Shown in pieces: positions 37,143-46,451 of a stretch of DNA of 47,675 bases. A program made the position numbers and the translations under genes. The notes beneath the pieces are model-generated. The model made no database searches. It was not told where the DNA came from and saw only the letters and a program-made list of their open reading frames with translations. The stretch's first letter is position 1, and each line of letters begins with the position of its first letter. Location of the stretch: the NCBI GenBank assembly GCA_044232845.1, contig JBIILD010000001.1:1-47675 (forward strand). Reading direction: 5' to 3'. The stretch comes from Flavobacterium sp. GTDB taxonomy: Bacteria > Bacteroidota > Bacteroidia > Flavobacteriales > Flavobacteriaceae.

Positions 37143-39344
37143 ATGAACATTTTATTTATTAAAAAGAGCCAAAAGGCTAAAGGCAAAAGCCAAATCTTCA
37201 CTTCTATTTTTTCTATTGCCTTGTGGCTTATAGCTAATTCTTCCTTCTCACAAGCAAAACAACAACAAGACACACTTAAAATTGGCGAACTGAATGAGGT
37301 TATAGTGTCTAGTGTTAGGGCAAAGAGTAAAAATCCAATTACATTTACGAATATTTCTAAAGAAGCAATTGCGCCACGTAATTTAGGACAAGATATTCCA
37401 GTTTTATTAAATTATTTACCTTCAGTAGTTACGACCACTGACGCGGGCAATGGCGTTGGATACACCTACATGCGTGTTCGTGGATCAGATGGATCTCGAA
37501 TTAATGTAACTTTAAATGGGATTCCATTTAACGACAGTGAAAGTCAGGGTAGTTTTTTTGTAAACTTACCCGATTTTGCATCTTCACTAGAAAGTATCCA
37601 ATTACAACGAGGTGTGGGGACTTCTACTAGTGGAGCAGGGGTATTTGGTGCTAGTTTAAATATGCAAACCAAATCCTTTCGGGAAAAAGCATATGCTGAA
37701 ATCGCCAATACGATAGGTAGTTTTGCTACTCGCAAACATACATTGTCTTTTGGAACGGGTTTGCATGATAATTTAGAAATAAATGTAAGGTTGTCTCAGA
37801 TTGCGTCCGATGGCTACATTGACAGGGCTTCTTCAAATTTGTTTGGCTATTTTTTTAATGCCAATTATGTAACTAACTCTACCTTAATAAAAGCTCTTGC
37901 TTTCGGGGGACAGGAGAAAACGTATCAGGCTTATTGGGGGATAGAAGATCCTGATAAACTAAAAAACGACAGAACATTTAACCCCGCAGGTATGTATTTT
38001 GACGCTGATGGGAATATGAAATTCTACGATAATGAAACGGATAATTACGTTCAAAATCATTTCCAATTGCATTGGTCAGAACTATGGAGCAATCAATGGA
38101 CTTCTAACTTAGCCTTGCATTATACAATAGGGAAAGGATATTTTGAGCAATATAAAGAAGATGAAACTTTAGCAAAGTATAATTTGCCTAATTTTGGAGG
38201 TAATTCAATTTCAGATTTAGTAAGGAAAAGATGGTTGGATAATGATTTTTATGGGGCTACTTTCTCGCTGAATTATAAAACAGCTAAAACAGACATAATC
38301 TTAGGAGGCGCTGCCAATCGCTATTTAGGCAATCATTTTGCAGAAGTTGTTTGGACTACATATTACAAACCAAATGCCAATAGATATTATGATAATATTG
38401 GAAATAAGGACGATATTAGTTTTTATATAAAAGCATCCCATGACATCACGAGCAAACTCAATTTTTTTACCGATTTACAATACCGAATGGTTTTTTATCA
38501 AGCCAACAGCATCAAATTTTCGGAAGTAAATGACACTTTTCGATTTTTTAATCCGAAAGCGGGATTGAATTATCAATTTAACACTAAAAATTCCTTTTAT
38601 GGATACTTAGGTATTGCAAATAAAGAGCCAAGACGGGATGATTACGAAAATGGAAGTATAAAACCAGAACGTTTATTTGACTATGAGCTAGGATGGAAAT
38701 ACAATACATCAAACGTAAAAGTTATGGCTAATGCCTTTTATATGAAATACCAAGATCAACTTGTCATGACCGGGGCTTTAAATGATGTTGGATCGCCAAT
38801 TTTCAACAACAGCGGCGATAGTTATAGGTTGGGATTAGAACTAGAGTCAACAATTAATTTTGGGAGTAAATTTGTTTTACAACCTAATTTTACTGTAAGT
38901 CAAAATAAGAATCAGGATTTCAATTTTCAACGGAATGGAATCCTTGAAAATATAGGAAACACCTCCATTGCTTATTCTCCAAATATTGTTTTAGGAAATC
39001 GATTCACTTTTCTACCAATAGAAAATTTACAAATATCGTTGCTGTCCAAATATGTAGGCGAACAGTATATGGGTAATATTGATTCCGAGAATTCAAAATT
39101 GAGTGCTTATTTTGTTAATGATTTAAATATAACTTATGATTGGAAAATTAATAAAGGAATTAAATCCATTGTATTTTCTGGTTTAGTAAACAATCTATTC
39201 GATTTAGAATACGAATCAAACGGTTATTTTTATACTTATGATGACGATTTCAGTAATCCTGGAAGCGTAAAAACTATCGAAGGTGTAGGGTATTTTCCAC
39301 AAGCAGGAATCAATTTCTTAGCAGGATTAACGCTAAAGTTTTAG
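37143..39344 (+). CDS. TonB-dependent receptor, probably for thiamine
   Basis: Plug motifs (EVIVS, RVRG, NGIP), C-terminal LTLKF, and TPP riboswitch control. Confidence 0.9.
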   Translation: MNILFIKKSQKAKGKSQIFTSIFSIALWLIANSSFSQAKQQQDTLKIGELNEVIVSSVRAKSKNPITFTNISKEAIAPRNLGQDIPVLLNYLPSVVTTTDAGNGVGYTYMRVRGSDGSRINVTLNGIPFNDSESQGSFFVNLPDFASSLESIQLQRGVGTSTSGAGVFGASLNMQTKSFREKAYAEIANTIGSFATRKHTLSFGTGLHDNLEINVRLSQIASDGYIDRASSNLFGYFFNANYVTNSTLIKALAFGGQEKTYQAYWGIEDPDKLKNDRTFNPAGMYFDADGNMKFYDNETDNYVQNHFQLHWSELWSNQWTSNLALHYTIGKGYFEQYKEDETLAKYNLPNFGGNSISDLVRKRWLDNDFYGATFSLNYKTAKTDIILGGAANRYLGNHFAEVVWTTYYKPNANRYYDNIGNKDDISFYIKASHDITSKLNFFTDLQYRMVFYQANSIKFSEVNDTFRFFNPKAGLNYQFNTKNSFYGYLGIANKEPRRDDYENGSIKPERLFDYELGWKYNTSNVKVMANAFYMKYQDQLVMTGALNDVGSPIFNNSGDSYRLGLELESTINFGSKFVLQPNFTVSQNKNQDFNFQRNGILENIGNTSIAYSPNIVLGNRFTFLPIENLQISLLSKYVGEQYMGNIDSENSKLSAYFVNDLNITYDWKINKGIKSIVFSGLVNNLFDLEYESNGYFYTYDDDFSNPGSVKTIEGVGYFPQAGINFLAGLTLKF

Positions 39345-39401
39345 ATGAATTGTAGCTATATTTCATAAAAGCCTGATGTTAAAAACCTCAGGCTTTGATT
39401 T

Positions 39402-39848
39402 TTAGTTAGATATTCGCAACAAATTTCCATTAACTACCACCCGATATTGTTTTAAAGGATATTTTTTCCCCGGCGCTTGACCCGAAAACAGGCTATATTC
39501 GGCACCGTCACAAGAACAAACCGCCGTTGTTTTGTCAATTTTTAAGGGGTCTACAGGGTCAAGTTTTTTAAAATTCATTGTAGAACAGGAGCCTAAAGCC
39601 TGATTGGGACAAGCGGCATCAAAGGCAACGAAGCCACTGCCGGTGTTAAAAATAAATAAACCTCGCCCTGTTCCTTGATTGGGGTAATAGATACCATTAC
39701 TTGGAAATTTCAAATTGTCATAAAAACTCATATTGATATCCACCGCAAAAGTATAATTAGGTAAATACGGGTTTCTATTGTTAAAGCCATTGTCACTGCA
39801 AGAAAAGAAAAAGGACAAAAGTGTCAATAGCAGGATAATTTTTTTCAT
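39402..39848 (-). CDS. Lipoprotein with a Rieske-like ferredoxin fold
   Basis: FFSC lipobox; AFDAACPN...CSCDGAEYSLFSG...PLKQYRV pattern. Confidence 0.7.
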   Translation of the reverse strand: MKKIILLLTLLSFFFSCSDNGFNNRNPYLPNYTFAVDINMSFYDNLKFPSNGIYYPNQGTGRGLFIFNTGSGFVAFDAACPNQALGSCSTMNFKKLDPVDPLKIDKTTAVCSCDGAEYSLFSGQAPGKKYPLKQYRVVVNGNLLRISN

Positions 39849-39925
39849 TTTCTAAAATATTACAAAAGAATTGTTGAAACAAATTTAATTTATTTAACTT
39901 TGGAATAGATATGATTGGCATTAAA

Positions 39926-39989
39926 TTGTGAATTAAAAATTAAAAACAATATCTTTGTGGAAAGAAATCCCGTCCAGATGGGATTTTTT
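39926..39989 (+). promoter_or_regulatory. greA promoter with terminator-like leader hairpin
   Basis: TTG at 39926, TATCTTTG at 39950-39957, then AAATCCCGTC-CA-GATGGGATTTTTT at 39965-39989. Confidence 0.65.
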
Positions 39990-40012
39990 CTATTTATATA
40001 AACGACGAAGTT

Positions 40013-40489
40013 ATGAGCACAGTATCTTATTACACAGCAGAAGGATTAAAAAAATTAAGAGAAGAATTAGATTATTTAAAAAGTGTGATGCGCCCAAAAG
40101 CATCCGCAGATATAGCTGAGGCAAGAGATAAAGGTGATTTATCCGAGAATGCCGAGTACGATGCCGCCAAAGAAGCGCAAGGAATGTTGGAGATGAGAAT
40201 TGCTAAACTGGAAGCGGTACATTCTAGTGCCCGTTTAATAGACGAAACACATTTAGACGTTTCCAAAGTATTGGTATTGTCGAACGTGAAAATCAAGAAT
40301 CAAGCCAATGGAATGGAAATGAAATACACCTTGGTTGCCGAAAGTGAAGCCGATCTTAAAACAGGAAAAATATCCGTTACGTCGCCTATTGGCAGAGGAT
40401 TGCTAGGAAAAAAAATAGGTGAAGTAGCCGAAATAACAGTGCCAAATGGTGTTTTGAAATTCGAAATATTAGAAATTTCTAGAGATTAG
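40013..40489 (+). CDS. greA: Transcription elongation factor GreA
   Basis: GDLSENAEY and ISVTSPIGRGLLG motifs. Confidence 0.97.
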   Translation: MSTVSYYTAEGLKKLREELDYLKSVMRPKASADIAEARDKGDLSENAEYDAAKEAQGMLEMRIAKLEAVHSSARLIDETHLDVSKVLVLSNVKIKNQANGMEMKYTLVAESEADLKTGKISVTSPIGRGLLGKKIGEVAEITVPNGVLKFEILEISRD

Positions 40490-40550
40490 TTACAGATTGA
40501 AGATTACAGTCGACAGGTTTAAACCACTAATTTACAACTACTAACTTCCT

Positions 40551-40940
40551 ATGTCAAGTATTTTTACCAAGATCATAAAAGGAGAAATTCCTTGTTATAA
40601 AATCGCCGAGGATGGTAATTTCTTGGCTTTTTTGGATGTAAATCCAAACGCAAAAGGGCACACCTTGTGTGTTCCAAAACAGGAAGTCGACAAGATTTTT
40701 GACCTTGAAGATGACTTGTATCTTGGATTAATGCAGTTTTCAAAAAAAGTGGCAGTTGCGCTTGAAAAAACAATTCCTTGTAACAGAATAGGAATGGCTG
40801 TGATAGGACTTGAAGTCCCGCACGCTCACGTTCATTTGATTCCCTTGAATGAAATGGATGAAATGCGGTTTAAAAATAAAGTTTCCATGACTAAAGAAGA
40901 ATTTGAGGCTTTAGCGAAAGAAATTCAGGCAAATATGTAA
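40551..40940 (+). CDS. HIT-family nucleotide hydrolase
   Basis: IFTKII, GHTL and HAHVH histidine triad. Confidence 0.95.
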   Translation: MSSIFTKIIKGEIPCYKIAEDGNFLAFLDVNPNAKGHTLCVPKQEVDKIFDLEDDLYLGLMQFSKKVAVALEKTIPCNRIGMAVIGLEVPHAHVHLIPLNEMDEMRFKNKVSMTKEEFEALAKEIQANM

Positions 40941-40958
40941 GGTAAATTCACTCGATTT

Positions 40959-42113
40959 TTAAACCACAGCCTTACTTTTTTTAAAACTTACCTGCATTGT
41001 AGTCCCTTTTCCAATATCGGAATTCAGCACTTTTATGGTTCCCTTGTGGTATTCTTCGACAATTCTTTTTGTTAATGACAAACCCAAACCCCAACCTCTT
41101 TTTTTGGTGGTAAACCCAGGTTCGAACACACTTTTAAATTGTTTTTTTGGAATTCCTTTTCCTGAATCGGAAACATTTATTTTTACAAAATCGCCATCGT
41201 GTAGCACTTGCAAAGCTAATTTCCCTCGGCCTTTCATGGCATCGATGGCGTTTTTCACAAGGTTTTCAATGGTCCAACTGTGCAAAGTGGGATTCATCAA
41301 AACCATAATAGGTGATTTTGGGGCTTTAAAGGAAAATTCCACTTGTTTGGAAAATCGGGATTGCAAGTAGTCGTATGATTTTTGGGTTTCTTCGATGATA
41401 TCTTTATTTTCTAATTTGGGTTCCGAACCTATTTTTGAAAAACGCTCCGTGATGGTTTGTAACCGTTCAATATCCCTTTCCATTTCGACGATGGTGGTTT
41501 GCTCTATGGCCTCGGCTTTTAGAATTTCTACCCAACCTATTAAAGAGGATAGCGGCGTTCCTATTTGGTGAGCCGTTTCCTTTGCCATTCCAGCCCAAAG
41601 TTTATTCTGGGTCGCCATCTTGGTGCTCTTATAAAAATTATAAACTAAACCAGCAAAAAGGACGATAATAAGCAATAAGGCTATAGGATAATATTTTAGT
41701 TTGTTCAATAGAGAGGAATCGCCATAATATAATTTATGAATGTTATTATCTGAAATTTTCATAATGATAGGCTCATTTTGATTTTTCAATTTTTTTAAAA
41801 AAGCATCTAATTTGGTTTTGTCTTTTACAATATCAACATCAATATTATTAGTGTTAATTATAGAGTCTTTGTCGGTCGCAATTATGGGAATAGTCGCTTC
41901 TTGAATAATTTGTAACGGAAGTTCAACATCGCCATTTGGATCAGCAGTATTGATTTTTTTTTGAGCCAATGCCCAATTCTGCATTTTAACACGCTCCTCC
42001 TGTTTAAAAATTTGAAAAAAGGTATAGGTATTCCATAGGATCATTGAAATAATTAAAAACGAAGCAAAAATAATGATCCAACGGGTTGTATTTCTATTTT
42101 TAGAAAACTGCAT
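40959..42113 (-). CDS. Membrane sensor histidine kinase (no adjacent regulator)
   Basis: Two TMs, ETAHQIGTPLS (H box), NLVKNA, DSGKG, FTTK and GLGL. ATG at 42113. Confidence 0.93.
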   Translation of the reverse strand: MQFSKNRNTTRWIIIFASFLIISMILWNTYTFFQIFKQEERVKMQNWALAQKKINTADPNGDVELPLQIIQEATIPIIATDKDSIINTNNIDVDIVKDKTKLDAFLKKLKNQNEPIIMKISDNNIHKLYYGDSSLLNKLKYYPIALLLIIVLFAGLVYNFYKSTKMATQNKLWAGMAKETAHQIGTPLSSLIGWVEILKAEAIEQTTIVEMERDIERLQTITERFSKIGSEPKLENKDIIEETQKSYDYLQSRFSKQVEFSFKAPKSPIMVLMNPTLHSWTIENLVKNAIDAMKGRGKLALQVLHDGDFVKINVSDSGKGIPKKQFKSVFEPGFTTKKRGWGLGLSLTKRIVEEYHKGTIKVLNSDIGKGTTMQVSFKKSKAVV

Positions 42114-42254
42114 AAATTGATTTTTGTGGCATAAATATAATAATTCCAATGGCAATAGCAATAGGAATATCAAATTTCAATAATAATGTCGGAAGTTATA
42201 CACTACAATTTTACCTTACATTTTTTTCTTCATTACTTTTTAAATAGAAATCAG

Positions 42255-42579
42255 AGGATTATAGCATTGGGCCTAAAAATATTTCTCAAGCAAAATCACA
42301 ATCCGATTTGCAGGATGTCGTTACACCACGACCTGTCGATGTTGCAGGTAATAGGGCTGGGTGCTATTCCCGATGGTATTAAGCGAAGCTTTTTTGATAA
42401 TAATGATTTGGAAAAATTAGGCATCATTAATAGTTTGCCTACTAATGAAGAAATTGATATATTTGTAAAGCAAAATTTTGCGATGAAAGGTTTTTTGATG
42501 TTGGATGATGTTCAAAATACATTTGAATAACAATGACATCCCTTCGGCATGGAAGCAGCTCCTCGCCAAAGAAATTTAA
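42255..42579 (+). pseudogene. Internally deleted flavin-reductase-family gene
   Basis: Pieces in different frames: SIGPKNISQAKSQSDLQDVVTPRPVDVA (N-terminal PRP motif), IGLGAIPDGIK...NDLEKLG..LPTNEEIDIFVKQNF, and SAWKQLLAKEI*. Confidence 0.7.
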
Positions 42580-42610
42580 TCAGTATAAAAACAACATAAA
42601 TAAAATTAAG

Positions 42611-42988
42611 ATGGAAGTTATAGGGAAAATTAAAATGATCGATCAAACCAAAGAGGTTGGATCTGCAGGTTTCAAAAAAAGAGACCTTGTTGTTACCACA
42701 GATGAACAATATCCACAACATATTTTGGTTCAGTTTGTTCAAGACAAATGCGATTTGTTGAATAATTTCCAAGTGGGAGAAGCTGTGAAAATTGACATCA
42801 ATTTGAGAGGTCGTGAATGGATTAATAAAGAAGGAGAAACCGTTTATTTCAATACGATTCAAGGTTGGAGAATAGGAAAAGTGCAAGCTGAAGCAGTGCA
42901 AACACAGTCAGTTCCCATGCCAGTAGCTGAAGCGTTTCCACCCGCAACGAGCTTGAATGAAGAAGAGCCGGACGATTTGCCTTTCTAA
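42611..42988 (+). CDS. DUF3127-family (SSB-like OB fold) protein
   Basis: MEVIGKIK, GFKKR, QYPQ, GREW, YFNTIQGW and acidic DDLPF tail. ATG at 42611. Confidence 0.9.
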   Translation: MEVIGKIKMIDQTKEVGSAGFKKRDLVVTTDEQYPQHILVQFVQDKCDLLNNFQVGEAVKIDINLRGREWINKEGETVYFNTIQGWRIGKVQAEAVQTQSVPMPVAEAFPPATSLNEEEPDDLPF

Positions 42989-43019
42989 TATCAATAGAAT
43001 TCAAGTAATTGTAATAATC

Positions 43020-43053
43020 AAACCCGACAGATTTTAAAACCTGCCGGGTTTTT
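43020..43053. repeat. Palindromic REP-like / terminator hairpin
   Basis: AAACCCGACAG-ATTTTAAAAC-CTGCCGGGTTTTT. Confidence 0.7.
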
Positions 43054-43071
43054 GAATTTTATTTATAACAG

Positions 43072-43704
43072 ATGTATTTCCTGACGCAAGAACTATTCTT
43101 CCCAGCTGTTGATGATGCCAATCCTGATGGAATTTTGGCTATAGGTGGCGATTTATCTCCTGATCGATTATTGCTGGCTTATAAAAGCGGAATTTTTCCA
43201 TGGTTTGAAGAAGGGGAGCCTCTATTTTGGTGGTCGCCCAATCCTAGAATGGTGTTGTTTTTAGACGAATTGGTTGTATCCAAAAGTATGCGCAATCTTC
43301 TTAATAGAAATATCTTTACCGTTACATTCAACCAAAACTTCAGGGAAGTGATTTCAAATTGTCAAAAGATAAAACGCGAAGGTCAAAACGGGACTTGGAT
43401 TACCAATGATATGATTGAGGCTTATTGTAAACTGAATGAATTGGGAATGGCAAAATCAGTTGAGGTATGGCAAAACGAGAAATTAGTTGGCGGTTTATAT
43501 GGCATCGATTTGGGACATGTTTTTTGTGGCGAAAGCATGTTTTCAAAAGTTTCGAATGCCTCGAAAATAGCTTTTATAGCCTTGGCTAATCAATTAAAAC
43601 AGAACGATTATAAAGTGCTGGATTGCCAGGTTTACAATGAACATCTCGAGAGTTTGGGTTGTAGAGAAATTGATAGAAGTGAATTTATGGAGATCTTGAA
43701 ATAA
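43072..43704 (+). CDS. aat: Leucyl/phenylalanyl-tRNA-protein transferase
   Basis: GGDL, GIFPW, WWSPNPR, TWIT, LVGGLYG, GESMFS and DCQ motifs. Confidence 0.96.
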   Translation: MYFLTQELFFPAVDDANPDGILAIGGDLSPDRLLLAYKSGIFPWFEEGEPLFWWSPNPRMVLFLDELVVSKSMRNLLNRNIFTVTFNQNFREVISNCQKIKREGQNGTWITNDMIEAYCKLNELGMAKSVEVWQNEKLVGGLYGIDLGHVFCGESMFSKVSNASKIAFIALANQLKQNDYKVLDCQVYNEHLESLGCREIDRSEFMEILK

Positions 43705-43724
43705 AAAAGCTATTGAAGCTAAAG

Positions 43725-44256
43725 TTTTTATTTTCCCCCAAGCTTCCACATAATCATTTGCCATTCCGGGGGCTTGCCTTTGAGCGTAAACAACAGCGTA
43801 AACTACGTTTTCAGACCCTTACTAATTTCGTCAGAAATCGGGGTAGTGGCAGGAACTTCTTTTCGGTTTTTCGGTTGTTGGGTATTGGCTTTCCTCCTGT
43901 GAATTCCCAAATGTATTTGCTGAAACTGCCAAACTCATCTTGCACTTTCATAAAAGCAACCGCATTGGAAACCGCAGATCTAATTTTTAATTGGTTGCGG
44001 ATAATTCTGGCATCTAGCATCAATTCCTGAATTTTGTCTTCGGAATATTGAGCAACTTTAAGATAATCAAAATAGTCAAAAGCCAATCGGAAGTTGTTTC
44101 TCTTTTTTAATAAGGTAATACAGCTTGAAAGGTTTCCAGAATCAGAAATTCAAATAGGTTTTGATCGTCATAAACTGGAACTCCCCACTCTTCGGCATGG
44201 TATTTTTCGTATATATCGATTCTTACACACTATCTACATCTGATTTTGTTTTCCAT
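43725..44256 (-). pseudogene. tag: DNA-3-methyladenine glycosylase I pseudogene
   Basis: MENKIRCR*...YHAEEWGVPVYDD..LFEFLILETFQA, with TAG at 44232-44230. A frameshifting deletion removes GLSW. IIRNQLKI follows, then further frameshifts before EVPATTPISDEISK and VVYA...GMANDY. Confidence 0.9.
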
Positions 44257-44366
44257 TTTTTCGGGAAATTTGAATTTTAAATGTAATCAAAAATTCCATT
44301 TCAAATTGCTTCGAAATGGAATTTAATATATTGATAGAAATCTGAAATCTAAATTCAAAAATTGAA

Positions 44367-45191
44367 CTATCCTAAAGCAGCTCTTTTAAAACCAGTAACG
44401 ATTAGATCCTTGTCTAAAGATTTAACATAAGCGGCAACGCTTAATTTGTTGTCTTTAATATAATCTTGGTTTACCAAAGTGTTGTCTTTAAAGAAACGAG
44501 CCAGTTTGCCTTTAGCGATGTTGTCTAACATAGCCTCTGGTTTTCCTTCTTGACGCAAAAGGTCTTTTGCGATTTCAATTTCTTTTGCAATAGTATCAGC
44601 ATCAACACCGGATTCGTTCAAAGCAATTGGAGCCATGGCAGCCGCTTGCATAGATATGTTTCTTGCTACTTCGTCAGCGCCTGCAACATTAGCGGAAAGA
44701 GCCACTAAAGTAGCAATTTTGTTTCCAGAGTGAATGTAAGACCCGATTAAAGCACCTTCTAATTTTTCGAAAGTTCTGATTTCTAGTTTTTCACCGATTA
44801 CCCCTGTTTGTTCGATTAATTTCTCAGCAACAGTGATTCCGTTGAAATCAGCTGCTAAAAATTCTTCCTTTGTGTTGAATTTCAATGCCAAATTAGCCAT
44901 TTCAGTAGCCATTTTCACAAAGTTTTCATTCATTCCTACGAAGTCAGTTTCACAGTTTAGTGTGATAACGGCACCCGCAGTTTTGTCAGCGTTAACAACG
45001 GCAATTGCAGCCCCTTCGGTAGATTCTCTATCAGAACGGTTTGCAGCTACTTTTTGTCCTTTTTTACGAAGGTTTTCGATTGCTAAATCAAAATCACCTT
45101 CCGCTTCAACCAGGGCTTTTTTGCAGTCCATCATTCCTGCTCCTGTGATTGTTCTTAATTTATTTACGTCTGCAGCAGTAATTGTTGCCAT
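44367..45191 (-). CDS. tsf: Elongation factor Ts
   Basis: LRTITGAGMMDCKKAL, NCETDFV and YIH motifs. Confidence 0.98.
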   Translation of the reverse strand: MATITAADVNKLRTITGAGMMDCKKALVEAEGDFDLAIENLRKKGQKVAANRSDRESTEGAAIAVVNADKTAGAVITLNCETDFVGMNENFVKMATEMANLALKFNTKEEFLAADFNGITVAEKLIEQTGVIGEKLEIRTFEKLEGALIGSYIHSGNKIATLVALSANVAGADEVARNISMQAAAMAPIALNESGVDADTIAKEIEIAKDLLRQEGKPEAMLDNIAKGKLARFFKDNTLVNQDYIKDNKLSVAAYVKSLDKDLIVTGFKRAALG

Positions 45192-45305
45192 AATTTTTTT
45201 AATTTAAAGATTAAAAGATTGAAAATTTAAGGAATAAGAATAATGTTAATTTTAAATCAACACATTAAATACTCTTTAAATCTTCAATCTTTAAATTTAT
45301 TTTAT

Positions 45306-46214
45306 TTATTCTTCAGTTGCTGGAGTTTTTTTTGCTTTTGCTTTGGCAACAATAGGGGCCACTTCTTCAACATCGGCAGCCGCTACTTCAGCTTCAGCAA
45401 CAGGCTCGGCAGCTACTTCAACGGCAGGGGCAGCCACTTTAACATCGGCAGCCACTACTTCAGCTTCAACAGCTGGAGCCGCTTCTTCTTCTGTAGTTGT
45501 TTCAGTTTGAGTTTCACCTTCAGAGCTTCTGTTAGAAAGTCCGTCAATTATTGCAGCAGTTACTAAAGACAAAATTTTATCGATTGATTTAGAAGCATCA
45601 TCGTTTGCTGGTATTACGTATTCTACCTCTCTTGGGTCAGAATTGGTATCCACCATTGCGAAAACTGGAATGTTTAATTTTTGAGCTTCTTTAATTGCGA
45701 TGTGTTCTGCTTTGATATCCACTACGAACAATGCTGCAGGAAGTCTAGACATATCTGCGATTGAACCTAAGTTTTTCTCTAGTTTAGCACGAAGACGATC
45801 TACTTGCAAACGCTCTTTTTTGGACAGCGTCATGAATGTACCGTCTTTCTTCATCTTATCAATAGTAGCCATTTTTTTAACGGCTTTACGGATAGTTACG
45901 AAGTTGGTTAGCATTCCACCAGGCCATCTTTCAGTGATGTATGGCATGTTTGCAGCTGCAGCTTTTTCAGCAACGATGTCTTTTGCTTGTTTTTTGGTAG
46001 CAACAAATAATATTTTTCTACCTGATGCAGCGATTTTTTTCAAAGCTTCATTCGCTTCTTCAATTTTTGCTGCCGTTTTATATAGATTGATAATGTGAAT
46101 TCCATTACGTTCCATATAAATGTAAGGAGCCATATTTGGGTCCCATTTTCTAGTCATGTGTCCAAAGTGAACACCTGCTTCTAGTAATTCTTTTACTTCT
46201 ACTTTGTTTGACAT
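45306..46214 (-). CDS. rpsB: 30S ribosomal protein S2 with an Ala/Glu-rich tail
   Basis: LLEAGVHFGH, RWPGGMLTN, DTNSDP and PANDD motifs. Confidence 0.98.
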   Translation of the reverse strand: MSNKVEVKELLEAGVHFGHMTRKWDPNMAPYIYMERNGIHIINLYKTAAKIEEANEALKKIAASGRKILFVATKKQAKDIVAEKAAAANMPYITERWPGGMLTNFVTIRKAVKKMATIDKMKKDGTFMTLSKKERLQVDRLRAKLEKNLGSIADMSRLPAALFVVDIKAEHIAIKEAQKLNIPVFAMVDTNSDPREVEYVIPANDDASKSIDKILSLVTAAIIDGLSNRSSEGETQTETTTEEEAAPAVEAEVVAADVKVAAPAVEVAAEPVAEAEVAAADVEEVAPIVAKAKAKKTPATEE

Positions 46215-46223
46215 TTTTTGTTT

Positions 46224-46363
46224 AGTTTACGTTCTGTTGATTAGCAATGTCCCTTTTTAATTTAAAGATTCAATGATTTAAAGATTTAAATATTTGTTTT
46301 CTAATCTTTTAATTATTCAATCTTTTAATTATTTTAATCTTGGCTTCATTTAGATGCTAAACT
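46224..46363 (-). promoter_or_regulatory. Putative structured rpsB leader
   Basis: Minus-strand pairings AGTTTA/TAAACT, TTAGCA/TGCTAA and AATG/CATT enclose an AT-rich inverted repeat. Confidence 0.5.
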
Positions 46364-46451
46364 AATTTCCCAACGCATTGGGACAACAACAACATTGTTT
46401 TTAAATTTATTAATCAATAAGTCTTGTATAAATAATACAAGACAGGTACTA

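Noticed and set aside
36941-37162. 73-aa ORF upstream of the TonB receptor
   Set aside because: It starts inside the promoter and runs across the TPP aptamer, so it is probably spurious.
45369-45470. 72-bp-spaced duplication in the rpsB tail
   Set aside because: Low-complexity Ala/Glu/Val tails on S2 are common and variable.
1533-46098. Many short antisense or alternate-frame ORFs (e.g. 10079-10630, 24025-24384, 41035-41370, 43713-44030, 44833-45207, 45700-46098)
   Set aside because: They are shadows of well-supported genes or pseudogenes and have no recognisable motifs.
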